A stretch of 64,000 bases of DNA from Octopus sinensis (lineage: Eukaryota): the NCBI RefSeq assembly GCF_006345805.1, contig NC_043012.1:15190001-15254000 (forward strand), in the 5' to 3' direction. This document shows, piece after piece, positions 32,945-46,195 of this stretch; the first letter of the stretch is position 1, and each line of letters begins with the position of its first letter. The notes under the pieces were generated by a model. That model did no database searches. It was not told the DNA's origin and was given only the letters and a program-made list of their open reading frames with translations. Both the position numbers and the translations under genes were made by a program.

Positions 32945-33340
32945 TTTAGAGTGTGGGTTCAGTTCTACTGTATGGTACCTTGGACAAGTTTCTTCTACTA
33001 TAGCCTCAGGTTGACCAAAGCTTTGTGAGTGGATTTGGTAGGCGGAAACTGAAAGAAGCCTGTCATGTGTGTGTATGTGTGTGTGTTTGTGTGTGTGTGC
33101 ATGTGTAAGTGTGTTTGTCTTTGTGTCTGTTTGTCCCCCACCACTGCTTGACAGCTGGTGTTGGTCTGTTTACATCCCTGTAACTTAGTGGTTCAGCAAA
33201 AAGAAACCAATAGAACAAGTACCAAGCTTTAGAAAAAATATATGTTCTGGGGTCAATTCATTTAATTAAAAGTTCTTCAAGGCAGTGCTCCAGCATGGCT
33301 GCAGTTTAATGACTGAAACAGACAAAAGATAAAAGAGAGA
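32945..33340 (+). mobile_element. SINE family S1
   Basis: Near full-length copy. Confidence 0.8.
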
Positions 33341-33789
33341 TAAATAAAAGCAAGGTGAATTTAAATCCCCATCATACATCATAATTGATAGGCCAGGAAC
33401 TGATCTCTCAACAGTGTGCATGGGTTAGTTACTGCAGCATTTGTCCTGGGATCTCTCATGGATTTGCTGTGTTAAAAACACTGACAATGTGTATACATTA
33501 AGTATGATACATATAATAATAGGCAAAAGGTAAAAGGCCATGTACCTTCACACACACACACACACACACGTATGTATGTATGTATGTATGTATGTATGTA
33601 TGTATGTATGTATGTATAAAATGGATAGAGACCCTATTCAGTCATACATTGCACTTACAAAGTTACCCTCTGGGGCACAAGTCCAGGCAAGGTTCCTCAT
33701 GGAAGACCAGCAGTCTCCCATGCATACCAGTCCACCCTCTCCACACTACCAATGTTATCCAAGAGAAAAGCTAAGGCCGATACATCTTG

Positions 33790-33945
33790 GCACTAGTAAC
33801 ATTGCAACTCATTTCTACCGTTAGGTGGGCTGGAGCAACATGAAATAAAGTGTCTTGCTCAAGAACACAATACATAGCCCTGTCTGGGAATCGAACTCAC
33901 TACCTCATGATTGTGAGCATATAGGCTAACCACTGGGCCATGTAC
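33790..33945 (-). mobile_element. SINE family S4 tRNA-like head
   Basis: Minus strand TGGCCCAGTGGTTAG..GAGTTCGATTCCC..GTGTTCTTGAGCAAGACACTT. Confidence 0.6.
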
Positions 33946-34456
33946 CGTCAGTGTTTGATACATCCATGGCTATCTTAATTGAATACTGCTTCAATTGTAT
34001 ATAATAGATCTGTTACTCTTTAGCTTAGAAATCTCCTTACAGTTGGTCTAAGAAAAAATATAATCTGGTGAAACCTCAAACTGCATCTTATCTGAGCTAT
34101 TCCAAACACATACTAAATTCACATCAACTCTTTTTACCATTTTCATGATTTGTTCTATCAGTTTGTGGTTTGTATAACCATTATTTCGTGTATATTTCCA
34201 TTGTAACAGTTGACAATGATACTGTTAAAATAGCCTTTGCAGAGATACCATTCTCCTTCTTTGCCTGATTGATTGATTAACTTGTCTAACAGCTTCATTG
34301 CATCATGCATTAAGTGTCTCAGTAGCTGTTGTATATGAACCTCTATCTTCCCACTGCATTCAAGACCCTAATTGCTCTTTGTTCTGCTTAGCATCAACAA
34401 ACTTTAGACTTTCTCCTATGCTAGTCACTCATGATAAATTGTCTTAGCCAAGAATG

Positions 34457-34742
34457 GTGGGTGAACTGAGCTGTGATGACCTTCTGCCAACTCCACTTCC
34501 CAACTGATGGAAACGCGCGGGCGGGCAGCTGAAGACCTGGGTTACGACGATCAAGGAGGACCTCTCCATGCTCACGGGACTGCAGGTGGTCGGTCTGCGC
34601 CGATGGAACCGTGACTGGTTCACTATCTCCAGTGAACTGGTGCAGGACCGTCGTGTGGGGGCTGCCATGGTTCGTGATGCCTCGAGGGTGGTAGAAGAAG
34701 CCGACTCAAACTGCCCAGGGTGAATGTCGCCACAAGTACAAT
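34457..34742 (+). mobile_element. 5'-truncated RTE-clade insertion (a different family)
   Basis: 13-bp TSD TTAGCCAAGAATG (34444-34456, 34743-34755). Reads LPTPLPN*WKRAGGQLKTWVTTIKEDL..GLRRWNRDW. CAAGTACAA-type tail. Confidence 0.8.
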
Positions 34743-35519
34743 TTAGCCAAGAATGTTGAAAATCTAATTTCCTTGATAATTTTGTTATAGAAATAGCACT
34801 TACATATTTACATGTATTTTAGTTTTAAATAAATACTTATAGATAAGGGAAAGATTTCTTTCAAAGTCTATTGCATAGTCACCCAAAATTTTACTGTGTC
34901 ACTGCTGATAGGCATGTCAGAAGTTCACCATCACTGTCATATTCATCACCATCATCCTTTTAGTGTCTTCTTTTCCTTGCTAGTATGGGCCAGACTGAGT
35001 TTATTGAGGTAGATTTCCTGCTTTCAGATACCCTTGCCTGTTTCCAAGCAAAGTAACATTTTCTCATGACCCGGCTTGCTTTTGCAGAATATTTGAAATG
35101 AATGACATTCTTTTACAACAATTCCATGATGTTAAAACAAGGAGATAAAAACACTCACATAATTCCACTTCCACACGCATATACATGCATGAATCCATCC
35201 ATCCATTCATCCATCCATCCATCCATACATACATACATACATACATACATACATACATACATACATACATACATACATACATAAAACCAGATTAAAAGGT
35301 TCGCTTCGAGAGCTGCATTCCCTTGCGTTCGGTACAATGTGTTTATTTATTTTGGTAGTTTTGACTTTAAGAGTCCCTCCTAGTGTGAGGCATTTATGTA
35401 TAGTAATGCCCTTAAATAAATAAATATATTTAAGAAGAATAATTAATAAATTTTTCACGCCAACCACTTGATAAATTCTTATAAAGATTTTATCCTATTT
35501 TTCAATTATATATATATAT

Positions 35520-35690
35520 GCATGCATACATACATAGACACGCACACACATACGATGGGCTTCATTCAGTTTCCACCTGCCAGATTCACACTCATAAGGA
35601 TCTGCTTGGCCTGAAAGTATGGAAGACACTTGCCCAGGTAGAGCCCAAGATCACATGGTTAGGAAGCAAGCTTCTTAACCACAAAACCAT
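35520..35690 (-). mobile_element. SINE family S1 head
   Basis: Reverse-complement match. Confidence 0.6.
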
Positions 35691-35691
35691 A

Positions 35692-35802
35692 TTTGCTGTA
35701 GCCCATCTTTCTCACCAAGAAAAAACATGTTCATGATAACACTTTCTAATCAGTTAAGACCAGAAGCCATGAGAGCCACTGCATGGTACTGCACCAGAGC
35801 AT
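35692..35802 (-). mobile_element. 5' fragment of the ~540-bp TAA-flanked repeat
   Basis: Matches the reverse complement of 39714-39830 and matches 63715-63808. Abuts (TTA)n. Confidence 0.7.
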
Positions 35803-35819
35803 TATTATTATTGTTATTG

Positions 35820-36900
35820 AAGACATTGAACAGTATCCAATATTGTGAAGTTGTTGATTGGTAACTCCTCCTAAGCTCTTAAAAAAACTGCCTCTGGTTA
35901 ACCTGTTTTGCTGGAACTGTGCTATGCAATCAGTGTAGTGTTGCATCTTTAATAGTTTTGCCTGCACATGTTGTTTTAGCATTTCTATAAGTTTTGAACC
36001 CTTTCTTTTCTATTTGGTATTTTGTGTCAAGATATGCCCTTGCACCTTTTTTAGTATTTTTTCTATTGCCCTTTGGACCATTCTTCTATGTGACTAAGAT
36101 CTTTACGCTTCAGCTTTCCACTTCCAGCATGGCTTCTTCTGTCCGTCTGCTTTCCTCTCTTTCTTTCCAACCAGTTCACCTACTAAAATTGAAGCTGATG
36201 ATCAAATCCCTTGTTTCTGTTAGATCTTTTGTCAGAATGTATTTCAGAATCTCATCAACCTTTTGAGTTGCGTGCTTCACAGTGTTATGGTCAAAGCTTC
36301 TCAAATTCACCAGCTTGGTCTCTGTTCTTGTAACTATTGTATCTTTGAGTCTTGTCCTGGGGTTTCTCTGTTCCTCAGTCATATCCTCTTGTAATACAGG
36401 TTTTTCTACATTATATTGATTGGCTGGCCTCTCCTCTACTACAACTTCACCTTGTCAATGTATTTGCTGATCTTCACCCATGTTATCTTCCTCAAGGTTA
36501 TCACCACTATGGAGGATTTACCTGATTGTCTGAATCTGGGCCTCATTAAAGAAAACCTCTATTCCAAATTATTCTTAGCTGATTCATGAGCCCGTTTTCA
36601 GTAATCTAGAACATACCCAGCTTGTTCTAAAGTTCTAATGATCTTTTTCTGACAGATTTACATTTGCCCTTGTTCTTGTCTAGTTAGGCTTGTTCATGGC
36701 CCTTAGTTGCCTTTTTGCTCATATCAACAGATCACTTGTGTTTGCGGGCACTTTGCATATTTTGACCAGTAAAAGAATTATGACTGGGTGGAGTCTGGTG
36801 TTCCACTCCATTGCTCTCTGAGGGGCCTCAGCTGGGTGCAGGAGATCTGGCGACTTGGACATCCAGAGGAGTCTTCCCGTTCATGCCGTTATTTGGGTTT
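35820..36900 (-). mobile_element. R4/Dong-like non-LTR retrotransposon N-terminal remnant
   Basis: Decayed minus-strand peptides LEL*NKLGMF*ITENGLMNQLRIIWNRGFL, KVDEILKYILTKDLTETRDL, LDTKYQIEKKGFK and IAQFQQNRL. They resemble the pre-RT region of R4-clade ORFs (recognition only). The RT itself is absent. Confidence 0.5.
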
Positions 36901-37229
36901 GAAATTGTTGTCATCCTTGTATGTCAATATATAGTTATGACTCACTATTGGTTTTTGACATGGCCTTTTTGCAAAGTACTCAGTAAAACACTTTATGAAG
37001 CTAGATATAAATTAATATTCAGCCATCTAGCAATATAATTAATATAATCAATATAATTAAAATTCATGATCCAGTCACATGTATTATGTTTTATGAATCC
37101 AATCATTCAGTTACCCATTGCGCATGATCAGAACACATGTGACTGAAAAAAAAAATCCCTGTTTGTAGATCACTGCTTTAGTATTGCTTCAGTTTTTGTG
37201 GGATGGTGATTGTATTACATATATTGAAT

Positions 37230-37735
37230 TCGAAATTGAACATCATCCGACGACTGGCACCCATGCCAACCTCCCTTCATTGGACACTAAACTCTGCTAG
37301 CGAAGACCTGTTGGGGCAAATGAAATCGGAATCGAAATTGAACCAATCCTATGACTGGCACCCGGCAGTTGCCAGTGCCGCTGGACTGACTCCTGTGCAG
37401 GTGGCAAGTAAAGAAACACCGTTTCGACCCTGTGCTTGAGGAGACCTATTGAGTCAAGTAAATCAACATCAAAAATCAATGGAAATTGTAGTTGTGATCC
37501 CTGAGCTGGTGGCACGTAAAAAGCACCATCTGAACGTGGCCGATGCCAGCCTCGCCTGGCACCTAAAAAGCACCTACTACACTCACGGAGAGGTTGGCGT
37601 TAGGAAGGGCAACCAGCTGTAGAAACACTGCCAGATCAGACTGAAGCCTGGTGCAGCCTTCTGGTTTCCCAGACCCCGGTTGAACCATCCAACTCATGCT
37701 AGCATGGAAAACGGACGTTAAACAATGATGATGAG
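37230..37735 (+). mobile_element. RTE 3' UTR fragment
   Basis: AAATCGGAATCGAAATT.., tandem units and conserved tail. Confidence 0.8.
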
Positions 37736-37974
37736 ATAATGATGATCAGCTGTGTGAGTTGTTAATTGTCAATAGTGATTGTACAGTTCTCAATAATTAT
37801 GTCTCTATGCCCTATCTTACTGAATGATATTTTACAAACAGCTTATGTCACATTGTATTATAAATAGTCCCTCTATATATTCTTATGTTTGACTGGAAAA
37901 AAAAAAGCAAAACAAAACAAAAGACAAATAATAGATTATTTTAATCAAACAGCTAATATTGTGCAGAAGTAGGG

Positions 37975-38350
37975 TGTCAAGAGCACCATCTGAGCGCGAT
38001 CATTGCTAGAGTGGCTAACTGGCTTCCGTGTCGGTGACACGTAAAAAGCACCATTCAAGCGTGATCTTTACCAGCGTCGCATTACTGGCACCTGTGCCGG
38101 TGGCATGTGTAAAAAGATTCAAGCAAGGTCGTTGCCAGTACTACCTGACTAGCTCCGTGCCAGTGGTACGTAAAAAGCACCCACTACACTCTCGGAGTGG
38201 TTGGCGTTAGGAAGGGTATCCAGCTGTAGAAACTCTGTCAGATCAAGACTGGAGCTTGGTGCAGCCATCTGGTTTGCTAGCCCTCAGTCAAAATCGTCCA
38301 ACCCATGCTAGCATGGAAAACGGACGTTAAACGATGATGATGATGATGAT
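37975..38350 (+). mobile_element. RTE 3' UTR fragment
   Basis: Same start as the 27040 copy. (GAT)n tail. Confidence 0.8.
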
Positions 38351-38419
38351 ATTATCCATATTTTCTTATACTACCCCACCCAACTTGTGTCCTATTTCTT
38401 GGGTATGAATTTACAAGTA

Positions 38420-38567
38420 TGTGTTTGAGGTAAGAATTTTGCTTCCCAGCCACATGGTTCTAGGTTCAGTCCCACTGTGTAGCACCTTGGGCAAGTGTCT
38501 TCTACAACAGCCTCAGGTCAACTGAATCCTCGAGAGTGGATTTGGCAGGTAAAAACTGAAAGAAGTT

Positions 38568-38602
<35 letters not shown>

Positions 38603-38810
38603 TTGAAACCCCACCACTATCACTTGACGACTGGTGTTGGTTTGTTTACGTCCCATAACTTAGTGATTCAGCATATGAGATTGATAGAACAAGTACCACA
38701 TTTCAAAAAAATAAGTACTGACGTCAATTTGTTTGGCTAAAATTCTTCAAGGTAGCACTCCACCATGACTGCAGTGTAATGACTGAAATGAATAAAAGAT
38801 AAAAGACGCA
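38420..38810 (+). mobile_element. SINE family S1
   Basis: Near full-length copy. Confidence 0.75.
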
Positions 38811-39214
38811 AAATAGTGCCACTAATCTTAAATCATTACATTTTTATGGAAATTACTAAAGCAGGCGAGAACATATATATATATCGGGAAATTAGTTTTG
38901 AACTTTGGTCCATTGTCATATTGTAACCATGACAGAGATTATTTTATGAAATTGTATTTAAAATACAAGTATTGTATCTAGTTTAAATATTTTACTTCCA
39001 AAAAACTAAAATCCTGATCCTCACCCATTCTAAACACCTATTGCCTCTTGATATTTGTTACTTATTACTGAACTTGCAATGACCCCCAAGGGTGGCTCTA
39101 CCATTCATGTAAAGATCCACTTGTGTAGAGTATGGTCAGAGTGGGTTTTGCTATACTATTGGGAAGTAATGGCGTAGAACATGAGATACATAAGTTGTTT
39201 ATAATATATAATCA

Positions 39215-39400
39215 TCATCATCATCACCATCACCATTACCATCATCATCATCATCATCATTTAGCATCGGTTTTCCTTGCTATCATGGATGAAAAAGTTT
39301 GAGTGGGGCTGGTAAGCTGGAAATCTGTTTTGGCTTGGTTTCTATGGTCGGATGCCCTTCCCAATGGCAACCACTCCACACAGGGTTTAATGAGGGGTCA
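39215..39400 (-). mobile_element. RTE 3'-end fragment
   Basis: (CAT)n tail plus GGATGCCCTTCCCAATGGCAACCACTCC. Confidence 0.6.
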
Positions 39401-39713
39401 TTGTACAAGTAATAAATATGTACAACGAGGAAATGAACCAATATTTTTGGGCCAGGAATGTAAGACAGGATGTTTTGTTTTTTAATGACATCATAAAAGA
39501 TAAGAACACAGAATGAGTAAGCAAAATAATTTGAAGGTAATTCTGTACTGAAGGTCAACAACAAATAATAAAGTGACGATATTCTATGCTACAATGGATA
39601 TGTTGTGTGAAGGCTTATTGCTGAAAAGGGTGACCTGCAATAGGAAATGGGAAAAATGATATAAGGACAAATAAGGATAATAATAGTAAGAAGAAGAATA
39701 AAAAGAAGAATAG

Positions 39714-40247
39714 ATGTCCTGATGCAATACCAAGCTTTCATGGCTTCTGATCTTAACTGACTGGAAGAGTTATCATGTACATGTTTTGTCCAAGTGTAAA
39801 AGATAGGCTACAGCAAATATTCTGCTCAATACCACAGATTTGCTTGCCAGTTGCTTGACCATAACCAGTTGAGCATGTTCCTTAGTGGCTGATGATATGT
39901 GCATCTCTGATCACGAGCAGAAGTAGTGGGGGAGCATCATAGCCGTGGATTGAAAGGAATTCTTAGAGGTTTGGATAATTCACCTTTGGAAACAAAGGGG
40001 TTTTGTTCAACATTCTTAAACAATGGTTATTCAGGGACCTTTTGAGTGGGATGGACTACTTGGCCTAAATAAAATTCTAACTGGGCCCCACCTGCAAGGT
40101 CATGCACTGTTTATCCTGATATGAGATCCCTATTTCGCGCTTATATGGTTGTGATGCATGTGCTTGGTATACCCTTATTAGATGGGTAGTCATGGTGGGT
40201 ATACTGGGCTTTGTATATTTTACCCCAGTGTCACTTTGATGGCACTC
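39714..40247 (+). mobile_element. ~540-bp non-coding interspersed repeat with (AAT/AAC)n tail
   Basis: Collinear with the reverse complement of 63272-63808. Tail at 40248-40340. Confidence 0.85.
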
Positions 40248-40286
40248 AATAATAACAACAATAACAACAATAATAATGAACTTAAC

Positions 40287-40325
<39 letters not shown>

Positions 40326-40439
40326 CATAATAATAATAATTTTGGGTGCCTTTTACATGACACTGGCACCAGCCATGACCACAACTTCACTTAACTGTCA
40401 TGTCTTCTCAGGCACAACAAATTGCCATAAGTCTTGGTC

Positions 40440-40670
40440 ACCTGTCATTGTCTCTGTGAGACTCAGATTCAAGGTCAGCAACTTTAGGGGATTGGTAAAT
40501 TGATTACATTGACTTCAGGGCTCAAACTGGTTCTTATTTTATTGACCCAGAAAAGATGAAAGGCAGTGTTGACCTTGGTGGAAATAGAACTCAAAAACAT
40601 AATGAATTGGAAGGAATACTGCAAAGCAGCATTTTTACCGATGTTCTAATGATTTTTTGCCAGCTTACTG
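40440..40670 (-). mobile_element. SINE family S3, degenerate
   Basis: TTGACCCAGAAAAGATGAAAGGCAGTGTTGACCTTGGTGGAA matches the reverse complement of the S3 core. Confidence 0.55.
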
Positions 40671-40715
40671 CCTTTCATCATAATCTTCTCCTCCTCCTCC
40701 TCCTCAACCACAACC

Positions 40716-40766
<51 letters not shown>

Positions 40767-40769
40767 CAT

Positions 40770-40897
40770 AGAAGATCAAACCAAATCAGACTAGAACCTG
40801 GTGCAGCTCTCCTGCTTATCAACTTTGGTCAAACTGTCCAACCCATGCCAGCATGGAAAACAGATGTTAAAGCATGATGATGATGATGATGATGATG

Positions 40898-40943
<46 letters not shown>

Positions 40944-41200
40944 CATCATCATCATCATTTAGCGCCCGCTTTCCATGCTGGCATGGACTGGATGGTTTGA
41001 CTGAGGACTAGTAAGCCAGGAAGCTGCACCAGGCTCCAATCTGATCTGGCGAAGTTTCTACAGCTGGATGCCCTTCCTAACACCAACCATTCCAAGAGCG
41101 TAGTGGGTGCTTTTACGTGCCATTGATATGGGGGCTAGTCAGGTGGCACTGACATCAGCCACGCTCAAATGGTGCTTTTGTGTGCCATCGGCACAGGTCT
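40770..41200. mobile_element. Two RTE 3' ends tail-to-tail around a (GAT)/(CA)/(CAT) tract (+ at ~40770-40900, - at ~40940-41200)
   Basis: Conserved RTE tail on both strands. Confidence 0.75.
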
Positions 41201-41584
41201 TCCCAAGTACTGCATATTGCCTGATGATTGAAGGGTACTTTTAAACAGGCAGGTTGACAGCCCATGTTTCACTGCCGTTGACAGCGTAAGGTTATATGAT
41301 CGGATTGTTACCTAACACTCCATTGTTTTCCTAATGTGAAACTGATTGGTAAGATCAGCCATGATGGATATATATATAATACTATATATTTTGGATAATA
41401 CAAACATGCAAACACACACACACTCAGAAGAACCATTTAGCTCAATTGTACAGTTCACTCAGCTAGTATCCAAGAAGCTGACAACTTTTTTCCATCTTCT
41501 AGTTCTAGGAGTACTTACCCAAATTTCTAGGCTGTTTTCACAACTATTCTGCGTTTGAAATTTATTTCCTTTATATTATATTAT

Positions 41585-41850
41585 ATTGGTTTCGGGTTCA
41601 GTCCCACTGCGTGGCATCTTGGGCAAGTGTCTTCTGCTATAGCCCCGGGCCGACCAATGCCTTGTGAGTGGATTTGGTAGACGGAAACTGAAAGAAGCCT
41701 GTCGTATATATGTATACGTGGCACTTTGGGTAGGTGTCTTCCACTATAGTCCTGAGCCGACCGGAGCTTTGTGATTGAATTCGGTAGGTGGAAGTTACTG
41801 CCGTGTGTGTATATGTGCGTGTAGGTGCTTGTGCCTCTCCGAAACAGAGA
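41585..41850. mobile_element. S1 SINE heads (+ at ~41585-41710, - at ~41715-41850)
   Basis: GGGTTCAGTCCCACTGCGTGGC.. on +, partial inverted copy following. Confidence 0.65.
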
Positions 41851-41959
41851 GAGAGGGATATATATATATACATACATAATGTCAGGATATATATTCGAAA
41901 AAGAAGCACACTATAAACATTAGAACAACAATGTATTGACATTACTGTAAATTAACTTC

Positions 41960-42116
41960 CTGTAATATATATATATTATATATAGAGATATATATATATA
42001 TATATTGGCCTGCCTGCTTAGCCAGCGGGGTGGCGTCATTTGAAGGCTAAAACAAAGCGAAGTGCATTGTGACCAGCGATGTGTAGCAACATCTGATAGC
42101 CTGGTCGGTCACAGTG

Positions 42117-42172
<56 letters not shown>

Positions 42173-42372
42173 CATACATATATATATATACACATATATA
42201 TATATATATATACACATATATATATATATATACACATATATATACATACATACATATATATATATACACACACACACACATATATATATATATAATATAT
42301 ATATATTATATATATATATATATATATAATATATATATATTATATATATATATTATATATATATATATATAT
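41960..42372. repeat. (TA)n/(CA)n microsatellite field
   Basis: Direct inspection. A short non-repetitive island lies at ~42005-42115. Confidence 0.9.
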
Positions 42373-42374
42373 AC

Positions 42375-42620
42375 GAGCAAGTGTCTTCTATAGTCTCGGC
42401 CCAGCCGAAGTCTTGTGAGTGGATTTGATAGACAGAAACGGAAAGAAGCCCGTCGTATGTGTATGTGTGTGTGTGAGACAACCGATGCTGTTGTGTTTAC
42501 GTCCCCGTAACTTAGCGGTTCGGCAAAAGAACCGATAGAATAAGTACTAGGCTTACAAAGACTAAATGCGGTACTCCAGTATGGCCGCAGTCAAATGACT
42601 GAAACTAGTAAAAGTCTATA
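42375..42620 (+). mobile_element. SINE family S1, head-truncated
   Basis: Middle and 3' half match. Confidence 0.75.
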
Positions 42621-42899
42621 AGAGAATATATATATATACACGTATGCCCATTTTCCTTACTGATTTAAACGTAGAAGAAGGCCCAATTATTGCCATTTGT
42701 AGATTTAACCATCTTGTAGACACATTCCTTAAAATTTCTTTCAACTCATCATAACATGACCAAAGCAACAAAACTTTTCTAATTGTCTCCTTTGTTAATA
42801 TAGCCCCTCAATAAAAGAAAAAAAAAGAGAGAAAACGAAAAGTGATCTGTGCATCTCGGAATCTGCCTGAAGCAAAAAAAAAAAAAAAGAACCTTGATA

Positions 42900-44200
42900 T
42901 AAATCAAGCTTCGTTTCACTTAGCAATGAGCCGAAAGACAGTCCGTATCAAAGCCTGTGGGACGCCGTCAGCGAAACTCCAATCCCACCAAACGGACAGG
43001 GGACCGTGATAAAGTATTGCAAAAAAAGGGAGAATTTCTAAAACACGAAATTTTTCTATGAAATGTGTGAAAACGTCAAGAGAAGTAATTCCCCACAAAA
43101 TGCGGAAGTGTTGACAAGTTTACGCGCGAGTATGGATGGATGTACGCGCGCCACACACACACACACGACGAAGGTTGGCAGATCGAACCTTTGAAGTCTC
43201 TCTCATCTTGTAAAAGTATAATAAATACGTATTCAATGAAAAGTATTGAGTAATTCTTCAGTTTGATATTATTAAGTTGTTTTTATTATAACACTACATA
43301 AACAAACAAGCATTAAGATAGATAGATATGTTTCTTTATTAGCCACACGGGGCTGCACACAGACGGGACAGATTACAAAGTAGAGTTTTTCTTTTTTGGG
43401 GAGAGAAAAAAAAAGTGGGGTAGGTTTTCGATCAAAAGGGATCGTAAAAGGGAAAGAAGAAAAAAAAAATGGAAAAGAAAAAAAAACGATCAATAGGGAT
43501 CGTGTATCACAGTGTCATGATGTAAAGTGTTAAGGGGGAAGCAGATAAGGTTTATCTGTGGGGAGAAAAGCTTACGGAAAAGACCACGGTAACCTCGGTC
43601 AATAATGTTACATGTTACCACATTTGTTTGCAAGTAGGTAATCCTCTGTTTTAAATTTTCCGGGTTCATAGGATTATGCTCAGATAGATAGATGATAGAT
43701 AGATGTCTTTTTTTAATTCAAATATGTATGTATGTATGTTTGAGGATACTTCAAAATGCGCAAGTCCGACGAAATCCGTTCGTCTGACGTCCTCGTATGA
43801 AAAGTGGTAGACAACCTATGCTCAGTAGTGTGATTTATCATATTCACCCAACGCATTCCGAAGTCTGAACCTCACAACGTCTTCGCTCTTCTCACGCTTT
43901 GGATGTTTTGAAATTCTCTGCAGTTTTAGTGTTTTTAACTATAAACGAATTATATGCAATTACAAATGTGAAAGAAAGGATCCAGATTGAACATTTTTTT
44001 TCGATATCTTTCGCTTTTTCGTCTTTTTTTTTTTTTAACATTTCGGATTTATTTTGCTAATTTAATAATGAATCATCTCTCACAACAAATCTCTTCTCTT
44101 CCATAATTCTTATTAACGTTACTTCTTTAAAAAGACAACCGAATAGGGAAGAAAGTTGTAGATTTTGGTGGCGAATCTAATTTAAGAGCCAGAACTACAA
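42900..44200. promoter_or_regulatory. CpG-retaining, promoter-like region upstream of the candidate exon
   Basis: Visibly more CG dinucleotides than the flanks. ETS-like GCGGAAGTG (~43104) and CRE-like TGACGTC (~43785). Confidence 0.3.
43318..43600 (-). mobile_element. LINE-type 3' UTR fragment with the shared tail motif
   Basis: Minus strand ends CAGCCCCGTGTGGCTAATAAAGAAACAT followed by (ATCT)n. Confidence 0.55.
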
Positions 44201-44226
44201 CACTTATTCAATGAAACAATTTTTGC

Positions 44227-44501
44227 ATGGAACAGAATATGGATAATACTCTCAGCGACGTTTACACTCCACCTGACGCAACATCCACTGTTTTAAGTGA
44301 ATTATCACTGATGTCTTTGCATTCCAATGACGATTGTTTACCACCAGATCGAGAATCTGAGACAGATTTAGCTGATTCGGTGCAAAATGAACCTACCCAC
44401 CCTTCTGAAACAAGATTACAAGGCGATTACTTGCTCAAGTCTTTTGTAAACGAACAGATTTATAAAGAAGGTTTAGAAGTTCCATCTGATGAAACCATAG
44501 A
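44227..44501 (+). CDS. Candidate first coding exon of an unidentified host gene (acidic, Ser-rich N-terminus)
   Basis: ATG-initiated non-repetitive 92-codon ORF MEQNMDNTLSDVYTPPDATS... Its stop lies inside a consensus donor GA|GTAAGT (44501/44502, phase 2). Confidence 0.5.
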
Positions 44502-45455
44502 GTAAGTTAATGTTTTATATATTTATTATCTAGAAAGATCTATGTTCGTTCTGACCAAGATTTTTGGGAGACTCGATTTTTTTTATATTGTCGCTTCCTG
44601 GATTTCCTTTCTTTCTCTTATTTATATGCATTGCCGTTGTTTGCAACACGAACTTAATATTTAGCCAATTTTAATACATTCCTATGTACCCAACATATCA
44701 AATCTTCATCTCTATGTAAATGTTTCTCCTGGAAAAAAAAAAAACAACAAACAAAAAACTAATTTACTCTCCTCCAAAGTTCATAAGGAAACTGATAAAG
44801 TTTCTTTAATCTTTATATCTATTGCGAAATATACATTAGACGGGATTCTTAACAAGAAAATATTGTTTCTGCCAGGGAAACAGTTGACGACTGCTGTAAA
44901 GTCCCATGTTTACAAACAGTAGTGGAAAGCAAGTGCGCGCACGAAAAGGTTTATTATTGCGCGATAGATTTTATTTACGATCGTTGGGCGATAAATTTGC
45001 AGCGAATTATACGATTATTTCATCGATCTCTACCTTTCCTTTTCTCTGCTAAATTCTCTTCTCCGTTTTGCTATTCACTTGTCGATTTCATTTTGTTGTC
45101 ATTTGAAATAGAAATCAAAACAAAATTTACCTTTAAACATTTAAAAAAAAAATATATGTCAGCTAAATCTGCGTTAAAAAAGAAAACGACTAATTGGAAA
45201 GCTTTAGTGATTTATTAATATTTATCTGTATTGCTTCGTGGTCCAATATGTCAACGAAGTTTCAATTTTAAGTTAATCTTGCTCTGATAATTGACATAAA
45301 TTTCCATTTACTTCCACCCTTTTTCTGTTTATTCGGTTGTAATTCGCTGCTTCTCCTCCTCCCCTCTTTTGCCTCTCTCTACGACTTCACTCATTTCATT
45401 TCTCTCTCTCTCTCATCTTCATACTTGAGTCCTCCCTCTCTTTGCCATCGAATAT

Positions 45456-45500
<45 letters not shown>

Positions 45501-45782
45501 TCAGATATTCTATTTAAGCTTGGATTCCATTCCATTTCTTGGCGGTAGTTTTGTAATTTTTGAAAAGTCACGTTTATTCCATTTCAGATTGAAGTAACAG
45601 CTAAGTTTATGCGTATAAACACACACACACACATATAAATAAATATACTAATACATCTGTTTGTTGTCTACACCACCTGTCTTCGTTTTTTGTGAATTCT
45701 CTCTCTATATATAAATATATGTGTGTACATAATATATATATATGTATGCCGAAAGATTGCCTATGTGTGTATATATACATAG

Positions 45783-46195
45783 ACGCAGGCGTGGCTGTTT
45801 GGTAAGTAGCTTCCTTATGAACCTCATGGTTCCGGGTTTAGTCCCACTGCGTGACATCTTGGACAGATGTCTTCTAATACAGTCTTGGGACGACCAAAGT
45901 CTTGAGTGGATTTGGTAGACGGAAACTGGAAGAAGCCCGTCATATATATATGTGTGTGTGTGTGTATTTGTGTATATATTTGTGTGTCTGTGTTTGTCCC
46001 CACCCGCCATCGCTTGACAACCGATGCTGGTGTGGTTATGTCCCCAAAACTTAGCGGTTTGGCATAACAGACTGATAGAATAAGTACTAGGCTTACAAAA
46101 AATAAGTCCTGGGGTCGACTTCTTCGACCAACACCATTTAAGGCAGTGCTCCAGCATGGCCGCAGTCAAATGCCTGAAACAAAAAGAATTTAAAA
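45783..46195 (+). mobile_element. SINE family S1, full length
   Basis: Head, (TA/TG)n middle and 3' half. Confidence 0.85.
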
